Positions 8,435 through 18,651 of a DNA stretch of 48,618 nucleotides are shown here, one piece after another; within the stretch, counting starts at the first letter, position 1, and every line of letters begins with the position of its first letter. The stretch comes from Solirubrobacterales bacterium. Lineage in GTDB: Bacteria > Actinomycetota > Thermoleophilia > Solirubrobacterales > Solirubrobacteraceae. The notes below the pieces were generated by a model. That model was not told where the DNA came from. It did no database searches and saw nothing but the letters and a program-made list of their open reading frames with translations. A program made the position numbers and the translations under genes. The DNA is taken from assembly GCA_025964155.1 (NCBI GenBank), contig JAOPZJ010000025.1, positions 1 through 48,618 on the forward strand, written 5' to 3'.

Positions 8435-9478
8435 TCAGCCGGCGGCTGCGGCGGACACGAGCAGCTCGCGGAGCGCCCGGGCGGTGCGGTCCGGCGCGTA
8501 GACGGCCAGGCGCTCGCGTCCCCGCGCGCGCAGCTGCGCGCGCAGGTCGTCGTCCTGCACGGCGAGCGTCACGAGCTCGGCGAGCACCGCAAGGTCGCGG
8601 TCGTCGCTCAGCAGCGCTGCGCCGTCCGCGACCTCCGGGATGCCGCCCGCCGGGCGGCTGACCACCGGCGTACCGACGTGGAAGGCCTCGAGCAGCGGGA
8701 TGCAGAACCCCTCGTGCTCGGACAGGCAGACGAAGACGTGGGCGTCGGCGTAGGCCTGCCCGAGCTCCGCGTCGCTCAGGCCGTGGGCGAACGTCACCGC
8801 ACCGGGCACGAGCTCGTCCGCCAACTGCTTCAGCGCCTGCAGGTAGGCGTTGGTCATCGGCTCGCCGACGAGCACCAGACGGGCGTCGGGCAGGCGGTGC
8901 GCCCGCAGCAGGGCCAGCAGCCGGATGAGCTCGTCCTGGCGCTTGTGGGGCGCGATCCGGCCGACGAACAGCAGCGTCGGCGGGGTGCCGGCCGGCGGGT
9001 CCGGCGGCGGTGTGCGCGCCGGCCCGAGCTTGACGGGGTCGAAGAGGATCGGGACGACGAGATCCGAGCCGAGCTCCGCGGCGTTGTAGGCGCTGACGCC
9101 GACGACGACGTCGGCCTTCGCGGCGTACTCCGGCAGCTGACGTCGCCCGAGGGCGCACTGCACCGCGATCCCCGCCTCGTAGTCCCAGAACCAGCGCGCG
9201 GGCGTGACGTTGTGGCTCAGCAGCACCTTGCGCTGCGGCGCCTCCAGCACCGCGCGCAGACGCGGGGCGTAGGCGGAGTAGTGGATGAGCAGCAGGTCGT
9301 CGGGCGCGGGCGCGAGCGTCCTCAGCGGCTTGATGGCGTCCCCCACGCGCGGGTCGATGTGCCAGGCCACGTCGGTGCCGCCCCACCCCCAGCCCCCGAA
9401 CAGGCCGCGGAACGCGCGCGCCTGGGAGGTGACGGCGTCCACCGGACCCGCGCCGCTGAGGACCTGATGGACGATCAC
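8435..9478 (-). CDS. GT4 family glycosyltransferase
   Basis: HNVTP, FVGRIAPHKRQ, SEHEGFCIPLLEA. GTG start at 9478 overlaps the upstream stop (GTGA). Confidence 0.93.
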   Translation of the reverse strand: MIVHQVLSGAGPVDAVTSQARAFRGLFGGWGWGGTDVAWHIDPRVGDAIKPLRTLAPAPDDLLLIHYSAYAPRLRAVLEAPQRKVLLSHNVTPARWFWDYEAGIAVQCALGRRQLPEYAAKADVVVGVSAYNAAELGSDLVVPILFDPVKLGPARTPPPDPPAGTPPTLLFVGRIAPHKRQDELIRLLALLRAHRLPDARLVLVGEPMTNAYLQALKQLADELVPGAVTFAHGLSDAELGQAYADAHVFVCLSEHEGFCIPLLEAFHVGTPVVSRPAGGIPEVADGAALLSDDRDLAVLAELVTLAVQDDDLRAQLRARGRERLAVYAPDRTARALRELLVSAAAAG

Positions 9479-9876
9479 GGCGCCGGCGGACCGTCGCCGC
9501 CGCCGCCCGCGCCGGCGCCGTCTGCGCGCCGCTGCGCCGCCTCGCGCTCGAGGGCGATGACGCGGTCCTCGAGCTCGGTCATCCGCACCAGCAGGTGCAG
9601 GTTGAAGCGCGCCTGCAGCATCGTCAGCTCGTTGAAGTGCTGTTGCAAGCCGCGCAGCATGAGCCGCTTGACGAACGTGATCGGGGCGCCGAGCCTGCGC
9701 GTCGAGCGCATCTTGCTCTCGTCGGGCTCGATGACCGCCCACTCCATGAGCTGCTCGACGCTCACCCGGTCCGTCGGCGCGATCGCGAAGCCCGACAGGT
9801 CCTGTGTGTACTCACCGCGCGCCCGGGCGTCGGCGGCGGCCTCGCGGGCAGCGTCCAGCGCGTCCTCGGGGTTCAC
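9475..9876 (-). CDS. Small amphipathic/coiled-coil protein of the wzm-wzt operon
   Basis: Translationally coupled on both sides. STRRLGAPITFVKRLMLRGL amphipathic helix followed by heptad-like LQARFN..ELEDRVIALERE. Confidence 0.75.
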   Translation of the reverse strand: MNPEDALDAAREAAADARARGEYTQDLSGFAIAPTDRVSVEQLMEWAVIEPDESKMRSTRRLGAPITFVKRLMLRGLQQHFNELTMLQARFNLHLLVRMTELEDRVIALEREAAQRRADGAGAGGGGDGPPAP

Positions 9877-10658
9877 GCGATCGTGCCTTGCGGATGGTCG
9901 GCCGTCGGGGTCCCCATCTGCAGGTGGTAATACTCCATGCCCTCGCGCGCCGACCCGTCGAAGACGACATGGCCGCCGTCCAGGACGACGACGCGCTCGC
10001 ACGTGCGCTCCACGAGGGCGGCGTCATGGGACACGAGCACGAGCGTGGCGCCCGCGTCCACCTGCGCGGCGATGCGCGCCTCGCACTTGCGCTGGAAGGC
10101 CTCGTCCCCGACGGCGAGCACCTCGTCGATGAGCAGCACGTCGGCGTCCAGGTGCGCGGCGATGGCGAACCCCAGGCGCACGTACATGCCGCTGGAGTAC
10201 GTCTTGACGGGGACCTCGATGAAGTCGCCGAGCTCGCTGAAGGCGATGATGTCCTCGAGCTTGGCCTCGATCTGCGCCTTGTCCAGGCCGTGCAGCGCAC
10301 CGCCGAGCAGGATGTTCTCGCGCCCGGAGAAGTCACGGCCAAAGCCCGCGCCGAGCTCCAGCAGGCTGACGAGCTGCCCCCCGTAGGCAACGCTGCCCGA
10401 GTCCAGCGGGACGATGCCCGCCAGGACCTTGAGCGTCGACGACTTGCCCGCCCCGTTGCGACCGACGATCCCCACCGTCTGCCCGGCGGGGATGTGCAGC
10501 GTGACGTCGGCGAGCGCCTGGATCGGCGCCGGACCGCCGGCGCGCTTGCCCAGCAGCAGCTCCTTCAGCGTGCCGCCACGGTCCGCGCGCACGGAGAACG
10601 CGCGCGAGGCGTGATCCAGGACGATCTCGCCGGGGGCGAGGTCCGTTCGTGCGCTCAT
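9873..10658 (-). CDS. wzt: Polysaccharide ABC exporter ATP-binding subunit (Wzt/TagH-like, no C-terminal carbohydrate-binding domain)
   Basis: Walker A GRNGAGKSST, YSSGMYVRL signature, IDEVLAVGDEAFQRKC, LVSHD. ATG 10658 has a GGAGG SD; the alternative start 10718 is coupled to the wzm stop. Confidence 0.93.
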   Translation of the reverse strand: MSARTDLAPGEIVLDHASRAFSVRADRGGTLKELLLGKRAGGPAPIQALADVTLHIPAGQTVGIVGRNGAGKSSTLKVLAGIVPLDSGSVAYGGQLVSLLELGAGFGRDFSGRENILLGGALHGLDKAQIEAKLEDIIAFSELGDFIEVPVKTYSSGMYVRLGFAIAAHLDADVLLIDEVLAVGDEAFQRKCEARIAAQVDAGATLVLVSHDAALVERTCERVVVLDGGHVVFDGSAREGMEYYHLQMGTPTADHPQGTIA

Positions 10659-10714
10659 GGAGTCCTCCAGGCGCTCGCGCACGGAAAACGATCCCCCCGG
10701 CCGAGGCTTTCCGC

Positions 10715-11491
10715 TCATACGATGACCGCCAGTTCGCCCTGCAGCCTCGTGAAGAGCGCGCGCCCGGCCAGCAGCGCGAGCGCGGCCGCCGCGAGCACGT
10801 ACACGAGCGCGGCGAGGGACGGCGCGTGCCCGTCGTAGAGGACGCGGCGGATCGCCTCGATGAATGGCGCGATCGGGTTGACCCACTCCATCGCAAAGCG
10901 CGCGGCGGCCTTGTCGGTGATGTCCCCGGGCGCGAAGAAGATCGGGGAGAGGAAGAACCACGGCAGGAGCGCGGCCGACAGGATCGGGGCGACGTCGCGG
11001 AAGTGCGCGTGCAGGACCGAGACGATGAGCCCGAGGCCGAGCGCGAACCCGTACAGCGCCACCAGCAGGACCGGCAGCAGGAGGATCGCGGGGGAGATCG
11101 ACCCGCGGATCGCGAGCGTGACGACGGCGACCAGCCCGAGCACGACGAGGAACGTCACGGCCTGGACGGTGACGACGGCCGCCGGGATCGTCTCGCGCGG
11201 GAACGGCGCCTTGCGGATCAGCGCGCCCTGGTCCAGCAGCGACGGCGCGGAGCTCAGCAGCGACTGGCTGAAGAAGACCCAGACGACCAGGCCGACCATC
11301 AGGAAGAGGGGGTAGTCCGCATGCTTGGCAACCTTGAAGATGACGCCGAACATGAGGTAGTAGGCGGCCATCAGGACCAGCGGGTTGACGATGTACCACG
11401 CCACGCCGAGCGCCGACCCCTGGTACTTCTGGCGCAGCTCCCGGCGGACCATCTGCTCGAAGAGGTAGCGGTAGCGCTTCAGTTCAGCCAT
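10715..11491 (-). CDS. wzm: Polysaccharide ABC exporter permease (Wzm/TagG-like)
   Basis: RRELRQKYQGSALGVAWYIVNP, FRDV, FFLSPIFF, NPIAPFIEAIR; about six TM helices. Confidence 0.94.
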   Translation of the reverse strand: MAELKRYRYLFEQMVRRELRQKYQGSALGVAWYIVNPLVLMAAYYLMFGVIFKVAKHADYPLFLMVGLVVWVFFSQSLLSSAPSLLDQGALIRKAPFPRETIPAAVVTVQAVTFLVVLGLVAVVTLAIRGSISPAILLLPVLLVALYGFALGLGLIVSVLHAHFRDVAPILSAALLPWFFLSPIFFAPGDITDKAAARFAMEWVNPIAPFIEAIRRVLYDGHAPSLAALVYVLAAAALALLAGRALFTRLQGELAVIV

Positions 11492-11555
11492 TCCTACCGG
11501 CCATTGTCGCGGATCGGCGAGCAACCGTCCCGGTCACTCAGGCCGCGGCGCCCGC

Positions 11556-13550
11556 TCACCCCGCGGCCGTCACCGCGAAGGTCCTCGTGACGAGCTCGTA
11601 CTTCGTCGCGGTCACGCGCAGGCGGTAGGTGCCGTCGGGGACGAAGCCCGGGACCGTCCACGTCGCGTCGTAGTTGCCCTTGGCGTCGACGTGCCACAGC
11701 GTGTGGAGGGCGAGGTCAGAGTCGACGGTGCGCCAGCGTCCGCCGACCAGGCGCTGGGCCGAGACGAACGCGCGGTCCACGGGGCGATCGCGGCCGAGCG
11801 GCCCGCCCGTCCAGGTGATCTTCACGTCCTGCCCGCGCTTGACCGACGCGGCCGCCGGCTCACCGGTCAGGACGCCCGCCGCGGCGCCCGCCGGGTAGTC
11901 CGGGCCGTCGGGCTTCACGCCGTAGCTGACGTCCAGCGGGTAGGGCGCCTGCGCCGGCGCGCCGCTGGCCAGCTGCCCCGCCAGCTCCGCGTAGCGCTCC
12001 TGCAGGAAGGTCGCCTCGTTGCGGCCGAAGAGCGTCGAGGCGCCCTCGTAGCTCTGCTCGCCGTACTCCTCGGGGGTGGTGATGTACTGGATGAACTCGT
12101 TGGCCAGCCCGGCGATGACGACGTGCTTGATCCCCTTCGGCGCCAGCGGTCCGCGGACGGCGGCGCGCACGCGCACCCCGACCTCCTTCGTCGGCTCGCC
12201 GGGCACGCCGACGAGGACGCCGTCGCCGATGCGGGTGACGCTGAGCGGGACGGCCTGCGCCGCGTTCGCCCCGATCGCCACGATCTTGTCGCCCTGCACG
12301 GGGTCGACGATCGGGTTCTTGCGACCCTCGAACGAGATGTGCGTGAGCTCGTACAGCGGGCCGCGACCCTCCTCGGACCCGGTGAGGAAGCCGATCCCGA
12401 GCTGCCCGGCGCTGTCCACCTGACCGGTCGCCGTCTGGCGCCCGCAGAAGCAGCTGCGCGTCCAGCGCACGTCGAGCGCCGGCGTGCGGCTGAGGCCCTT
12501 GCCCGCGGCCTTCCAGGCCTCGAACATCTTCGCGGCCTCCGCCCCGCCGACCGCCCGCGCCCCGTCGATGCCGGTGTGCGTCAGCCCGGCGGATTGGTCG
12601 CCCTCGGCGCCGTTCGGGTAGACGTTGACGACCGTCTGGCCCCGCGGGATGTCGGCGACCTTGCGCACCTTGTCGGCGAACAGGCGCCACGCGGCCGCGT
12701 GATGGTCACCGGAGTAGACCTGCTCGCCGGACTTCACGACGGTGCCATGGTCGGCGAAGTTCGAGTACGCGCCGATCGGGACGTGGACGGTCCTGCTCTT
12801 GCGCCGGACGAGCTTGTCGACGCGCAGGACGTCGACCTCGGGATCGATCGTGTCGTCGACGCCGAGCGGATCCATCTGCGGCGTCCCTTGTCCGGTCGCC
12901 ACATGGATGCCGTGGTCGGCCAGGTGCGCCTCGATCGAGCGGTTGACGGTCAGGCCGCGCAGCTCGGTGGTCGCCCAGCCGGCGGCGGCCGGCGCGCGGT
13001 CGCCGTCGGCCCGACGGATCGACGCGGCGACCTGCTTGACGAGGAACGTGTAGAGCTGCCGGTCGGCCGGTGCGGGGTTGACGAACGCCGGGAAGCTCGC
13101 GGGGTTGTCGATCGTCTCAAGGCTCGGCGCGGCGGTGTTGTACGTCGGGTTGTTCGCGTAGCCCCCGGGCGCGGAGTGCGTGTGCGAAGCGGCCATGAGG
13201 ATCGTCGTGCGGTCATACCCGAGGTCGGCCACGAGCCGCGCGACGTCCTCCTGGAAGCCGGCGGGGACGGCGAACAGCTCGACCGCCACGAGCGCGAGCT
13301 TCCGCGTGCCGCGCTGCAGGACGAGCGCGTTGGAGTACAGCCGGGTGCTCTGTCCGAGGGCCAAACGGTCCGCCCGGGTCCAGCCGCCGAGGAAGTAGCC
13401 GGTCTGCGGAGGGGTGATGTCCGCCTGGCCGGCGCCCGCGCGTAACAGCTGCTTCGACGCGGCGGTGGCGGCCTCGGCGCTGCCCACCCCCGCGAAGAGC
13501 CCGAGGGCGGAGGCGACGAGGGCGGGAAGGACGGCGCGGCGCGGGTTCAC
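11556..13550 (-). CDS. Secreted neutral/alkaline non-lysosomal ceramidase family protein
   Basis: GAGQADITP, ASHTHSAPGG (Zn-binding), NFADHGT, GAEGDQS, GSEEGRG, PGEPT, GLANEFIQYITTPEEY..QSYEGAST. Twin-arginine-like signal (NPRRAVL...AEA). TAAGGT -10 lies 7 nt before GTG 13550. Confidence 0.9.
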   Translation of the reverse strand: MNPRRAVLPALVASALGLFAGVGSAEAATAASKQLLRAGAGQADITPPQTGYFLGGWTRADRLALGQSTRLYSNALVLQRGTRKLALVAVELFAVPAGFQEDVARLVADLGYDRTTILMAASHTHSAPGGYANNPTYNTAAPSLETIDNPASFPAFVNPAPADRQLYTFLVKQVAASIRRADGDRAPAAAGWATTELRGLTVNRSIEAHLADHGIHVATGQGTPQMDPLGVDDTIDPEVDVLRVDKLVRRKSRTVHVPIGAYSNFADHGTVVKSGEQVYSGDHHAAAWRLFADKVRKVADIPRGQTVVNVYPNGAEGDQSAGLTHTGIDGARAVGGAEAAKMFEAWKAAGKGLSRTPALDVRWTRSCFCGRQTATGQVDSAGQLGIGFLTGSEEGRGPLYELTHISFEGRKNPIVDPVQGDKIVAIGANAAQAVPLSVTRIGDGVLVGVPGEPTKEVGVRVRAAVRGPLAPKGIKHVVIAGLANEFIQYITTPEEYGEQSYEGASTLFGRNEATFLQERYAELAGQLASGAPAQAPYPLDVSYGVKPDGPDYPAGAAAGVLTGEPAAASVKRGQDVKITWTGGPLGRDRPVDRAFVSAQRLVGGRWRTVDSDLALHTLWHVDAKGNYDATWTVPGFVPDGTYRLRVTATKYELVTRTFAVTAAG

Positions 13551-13603
13551 GCCGGAAACCTTACGGCCGTGACCCAACTCGGCGTCGATTGGGGTCGTGG
13601 GAA

Positions 13604-13652
13604 GCCGAGTCCCGGTCAGTGTCCGCCCCGCGGACACCAGGCGGGACTCGGC
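13604..13652. terminator. Strong compound hairpin after the GH10 stop (terminator or REP-like)
   Basis: GCCGAGTCCCG...GTGTCCGC-CCC-GCGGACAC...CGGGACTCGGC. Confidence 0.6.
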
Positions 13653-13663
13653 GTCGGGACGGC

Positions 13664-14737
13664 CTACGGGCGCCGTAACGCGGCCGCAAAGTCGCGGTAG
13701 GCGGGCTTGGGGTTCAGCTCGCGGTCCAGCAGCGTCGCGCTGCCGTAGCCCGGTGAGCTCTCGGGGATCCACGAGTGACGGTCGGTGAACCCCCAGACCG
13801 TCAGGGCGTGGCAGCGCGCCACCGCGCGGCAGGTGTTCACGAGGTCGGCGTACACCTCGCCCTGGACCGCCAGCTGCTCCGGCGTCCCCGGGTCGCGGAC
13901 GCGGACGTCGGCCTCCGTGATCGCCACGTCCAGGCCCAGGGCGGCGAAGCGCTCGAGGTTCTTGCGCATCGTCGCGGGGACGCCGTCCAGCGTGAAGTGC
14001 GATTGGAAGCCGACCTCGTCCAGCAGGCCGCGGGCCTTCAGCTCCTTGGCGATGCGATAGAGCGTGTCGGACTTGGGACCGAGGCTCTCGGCCCCGATCT
14101 CGTTGATCGCCAGGCGCGCCTTGGGGTCCGACCGGCGGGCGGCGGCGAAGGCCTCGGCGACGAAGACCGGCCCGAGCGTGTCCGACCACACCGACTTGCG
14201 GAGGCCGCCGTCGTCCGCGACGACCTCGTTGACGACGTCCCAGGTCCGCACGCGACCCTTGTAGCGACCCATGACGGTGGCGATGTGGTCGCGCATGACC
14301 TGACGCAGGTCGGCGGCGCCGAGCTTGCCGTCGGCGATCCACGCCGGCAGCTGCGCGTGCCAGACGAGCGTGTGCCCGCGGACGGTCATGTCGTGCTTGC
14401 CGGCGAAGTCGACCGCGCGGTCGGCGGCCGCCCAGTGCAGCGAGCCGCGCTGGGGCTCGAGGGCGTCCCACTTCATCGCGTTCTCGGGCGTCAGCCCGCC
14501 GAACTCACGGGCGAGGTCCTCGCGGTAGCCGGGCTCATTGCGCAGCGCGGCGTCGTCCACCGCGGTCCCGACCGTGATGTCGTGCGCCTTGCCCAGCTCG
14601 CGCAGCGGCGCGGACGGCAGCGCCTTGGCCGACGGGCCGCCCCGGTTGTCGTAGTAGCTCGCAATCGCCCCGAGGGTCGCCAGCACGACGAACAGGATCG
14701 GCGCGGCGACCACGAGACGGCGGACCTTGCGACTCAC
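13664..14737 (-). CDS. GH10 endo-beta-1,4-xylanase-family hydrolase with N-terminal membrane anchor/signal
   Basis: TPENAMKW, RGHTLVWHAQLP, WDVVNE (acid/base), GFQSH, ITEADV (nucleophile), WGFTDRHSW; hydrophobic N-terminus; no CBM. Confidence 0.93.
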   Translation of the reverse strand: MSRKVRRLVVAAPILFVVLATLGAIASYYDNRGGPSAKALPSAPLRELGKAHDITVGTAVDDAALRNEPGYREDLAREFGGLTPENAMKWDALEPQRGSLHWAAADRAVDFAGKHDMTVRGHTLVWHAQLPAWIADGKLGAADLRQVMRDHIATVMGRYKGRVRTWDVVNEVVADDGGLRKSVWSDTLGPVFVAEAFAAARRSDPKARLAINEIGAESLGPKSDTLYRIAKELKARGLLDEVGFQSHFTLDGVPATMRKNLERFAALGLDVAITEADVRVRDPGTPEQLAVQGEVYADLVNTCRAVARCHALTVWGFTDRHSWIPESSPGYGSATLLDRELNPKPAYRDFAAALRRP

Positions 14738-14802
14738 GGATGCGCTCGTAGAAGCCGTCTCAATACCTCACGCGGCCTACGTACGGGTATCGAGGCACCT
14801 TC

Positions 14803-16347
14803 TTAGAACGCGCCGCGGCGCGTGAACACCGCGGGGACCGTCTTGACGAGGATCGTCAGATCCAGGAACACCGACCACCGCTCGAGGTAGAGGAAGTCCA
14901 GGCGCACGAGGTCGTCGAAGTCCAGGTCGCTGCGCCCGGAGACCTGCCACAGGCCGGTGATGCCCGGCAGCACGAGGTAGCGCTTCTTGTGCCACTCGTG
15001 CAGGCGCTCGAAGTCGCGCTGGGGCAGCGGGCGGGGGCCGACGAGCGACATGTCGCCCTTCAGGACGTTCAGCAGCTGCGGCAGCTCGTCCAAGGAGAAG
15101 CGCCGCAGCAGGCGGCCGACCGGCGTCATGCGCGGGTCGTCCTTGATCTTGAAGAGCGCACCCGAGGCCTCGTTGAGCGACTCGAGGTCCATCTGCCGCT
15201 GATCCGCGTCCCGGTACATCGTGCGGAACTTCAGGCACGCGAACGGCACGCCGCCGATGCCCGGCCGGATCGAGCGGTAGATCGTCGGGCCGCGGGACGT
15301 GAGCTTGATGAAGAGCGCGCTGGCGACGAGCACCGGGCTGAGGACGATGAGCAGGAGCGTGGCGACCGTCACGTCGAACCCGCGCTTGACGGCGAAGTCG
15401 ATGCCGTCGAAGACCGGGGGCTTGAGCTCGAAGAGCGGGACCGTCTGCCCGGGGACGAACTCGGCGCGATGGATGAGGATCTCCATCGTCGACGGCGCCA
15501 CGCGCACGCGCACGCCCTTCTGGTGGCAGCGCGCGACGAGGTCGACGGCCTCCTGCTGGGGGAAGTCGTAGTCGGCGATGATCACCTCGTCGAGGCGATG
15601 CTCGTTGATGATCTCGTCCAGGTCCTCGAGCCGGCCCAGGGACTTCATGCCGTTGTTCGGACGGGGGACGAGCGAGATGAAGCCGACGACGCTGACCGCG
15701 GGGTGCGGGCCGGACGACAGCGCCTTGCCGACCGCGTCGATGTGGCGGCCGGTACCGACGAGCACCGCGCGACGCCGATAGCCGGCGGCCTTCAGCGCCC
15801 AGCCGGTGAGGCGCTCGTAGAGGTAGCGCGCCGTCGAGACGTACGCCACCGCGAAGAAGAGCGTGCCGTAGAAGATGTAGTAGCTGGAGAACTGCTCGCC
15901 CTGCACGACCGCGAAGATGACCGTGACGAACATCGTCTGGAACAGCGAGGCGACGATCACGGCCAGGCCGGGGCGCACCGCGCGCTCGGCGTACAGGCCG
16001 CTGCGCGCGAAGAGCAGCGTGGCGACGAGGTAGGCGAACGCGAACGAGTGGCGCGCCTCACCGAGCGAGCGATCGAAGTTCCACTTGTCCCGCAGGTATG
16101 CCTTCAGCACCAGGGCGGTGAGGATCGCGCCGAAGATCGCCGCGAAGTCCAGCGCGAGCAGCGAGCCCACGCGCGCGAAGCGGCGCGCGGTGTCCAAGCG
16201 CAGCAGGAACCCCAGGGCGGGGCGCCGGGACCGCACATCGCGGCCGGGCAGCGGACGGTCCATCGCCTGAGTCAGCTCGGGCGGCGCCGATCCCTCGCCA
16301 TCGCGGCGCGGGGCATCAGGTGTCTGACGCATCTGCATTCCCTGCAC
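14803..16347 (-). CDS. Polyprenyl glycosylphosphotransferase (WcaJ/WbaP-like priming sugar transferase)
   Basis: N-terminal TM helices, Rossmann-like domain (VLVGTG), then KRGFD, KFRTM, DPRMT..GRLLRRFSLDELPQL, MSLVGPRP, PGITGLWQVSGRS. Start uncertain. Confidence 0.95.
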   Translation of the reverse strand: MQGMQMRQTPDAPRRDGEGSAPPELTQAMDRPLPGRDVRSRRPALGFLLRLDTARRFARVGSLLALDFAAIFGAILTALVLKAYLRDKWNFDRSLGEARHSFAFAYLVATLLFARSGLYAERAVRPGLAVIVASLFQTMFVTVIFAVVQGEQFSSYYIFYGTLFFAVAYVSTARYLYERLTGWALKAAGYRRRAVLVGTGRHIDAVGKALSSGPHPAVSVVGFISLVPRPNNGMKSLGRLEDLDEIINEHRLDEVIIADYDFPQQEAVDLVARCHQKGVRVRVAPSTMEILIHRAEFVPGQTVPLFELKPPVFDGIDFAVKRGFDVTVATLLLIVLSPVLVASALFIKLTSRGPTIYRSIRPGIGGVPFACLKFRTMYRDADQRQMDLESLNEASGALFKIKDDPRMTPVGRLLRRFSLDELPQLLNVLKGDMSLVGPRPLPQRDFERLHEWHKKRYLVLPGITGLWQVSGRSDLDFDDLVRLDFLYLERWSVFLDLTILVKTVPAVFTRRGAF

Positions 16348-16464
16348 CTAACGAGCCGGCGTGGCAGAAGTATGTGCGTTTGTCATCGGCTGTGTGACCC
16401 TGGTGTGGCCCGGCACCGGATGTGCGCGGACCGGGTCCTACCCTCCCCGGAGGTCTTGTGGACC

Positions 16465-17412
<948 letters not shown>

Positions 17413-17469
17413 CGCGAGAACAATAGGTGCACGCGCCGACCCGCGCGCGCCCCGCGACCGACGCGGCCC

Positions 17470-18588
17470 TCAGCGGGCGCTCAACCGGCGGATCGAGAGC
17501 CGCAGCGCCGCCAGCGCGGGCTTGGCCGTGACCTTCCCGCCTTGCATGCGGTTCAGCCCGGCGAAGAACTCCCAGCCGTTCGCCGGATTTGGCTGCGGCG
17601 AGAGCCACGTGTACCAGTAGGCCGAGGTGATCCGCAGGGACACGCGGTACTTGGCGATCTGCTGGAAGACGAGCGTCAGCATCCTGGCCTGACCCGCCTC
17701 GGTGGTGTCCCAGGTGACGCCCTTGCGCTTACCGCCGCCGGAGGACCACGACAGCTCCGTCAGCGCGATCGGCGTCTTGGCGCCGTTGTGCTGCCGGGCC
17801 GCCGCGCGGACGCGGCGGAGCGTCTCGATCACATGGGCCGCCGTGCCGGTGTACGGGTGCACGGCGATGACGTCGAAGTGCCCGCCGGCGCCCGCCTTGT
17901 AGAGCTGGCTCAGCGCGTCCCAGGCGGGGGAGTTCAGGCCGTTGGTGATCCCGCCGAGAACGACGCGGGCGCCGGGGTCGGCGGCGCCGACGGCCACGTC
18001 GGCGGCCTTCAGCAGCGCGGTATACGTCTTGGCGAACGGCTGGCGCGACCAGAAGCGCACGATGTTGGGCTCGTTCCAGATCTGCCAGCGGCGGATCGGC
18101 GTGCGCGGCAGCTCGGGATGCTCTGCCCACAAGCTGCCCGCCGGCCCGTACCGCCGGATGAGCGTCGTGAGGAACGCCGCGTACGTCCCCGGGTCCTTGG
18201 GCGGCGCGGCGTACGGGTCCGTCCCTGCGGCCTGGTCGGCGGCCCACGCCGGGCTGTGGATGACGACCGGCAGGACGGCCAGCCCGCGCTTGGCGGCGGC
18301 GCCGACGAGCGTGTCGAGCTTGCTGAAGTCCGTGCTGTCCGGACCGGTCGGTTGCGCGGCCGCCCAGTCGAAGACCGCCCGTAGCTGCGTAAGGCCGGTG
18401 GTCCGCATGCGGCCGAGCTCGGTGTCGACGTTCACGGACGGGTCATCCAGCAGCGGACCGTCGGCGTTGACCCCGATGAATCCGGCCGGCAATGGTGGGA
18501 TCGGCGCCGCCGCCACGGCGGCCGCCGCAGGAGCACCACCGACGGCGAGGGCGACGAGCGCCAGGGACAGGACGGTCCGTCGTCGCAT
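17470..18588 (-). CDS. Secreted clan GH-A glycoside hydrolase (GH39/GH5-like, PslG-like)
   Basis: MRRRTVL signal peptide, WQIWNEPN (acid/base), AVHPY, LTELSW (nucleophile). TACGCT -10 lies 6 nt upstream. Confidence 0.85.
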   Translation of the reverse strand: MRRRTVLSLALVALAVGGAPAAAAVAAAPIPPLPAGFIGVNADGPLLDDPSVNVDTELGRMRTTGLTQLRAVFDWAAAQPTGPDSTDFSKLDTLVGAAAKRGLAVLPVVIHSPAWAADQAAGTDPYAAPPKDPGTYAAFLTTLIRRYGPAGSLWAEHPELPRTPIRRWQIWNEPNIVRFWSRQPFAKTYTALLKAADVAVGAADPGARVVLGGITNGLNSPAWDALSQLYKAGAGGHFDVIAVHPYTGTAAHVIETLRRVRAAARQHNGAKTPIALTELSWSSGGGKRKGVTWDTTEAGQARMLTLVFQQIAKYRVSLRITSAYWYTWLSPQPNPANGWEFFAGLNRMQGGKVTAKPALAALRLSIRRLSAR

Positions 18589-18651
18589 CGATCGAGCGTA
18601 GCCGTGTGGGGCAAAACGTTGCGCCTGGGGCGTTGCGTAGTCTCGGCCCGG

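Noticed and set aside
11556-14471. 971-aa ceramidase with long N-terminal extension or GH10-ceramidase fusion
   Set aside because: The extension is an alternative-frame shadow of the GH10 gene. A signal peptide and -10 box mark the real start at 13550, and a strong hairpin separates the genes.
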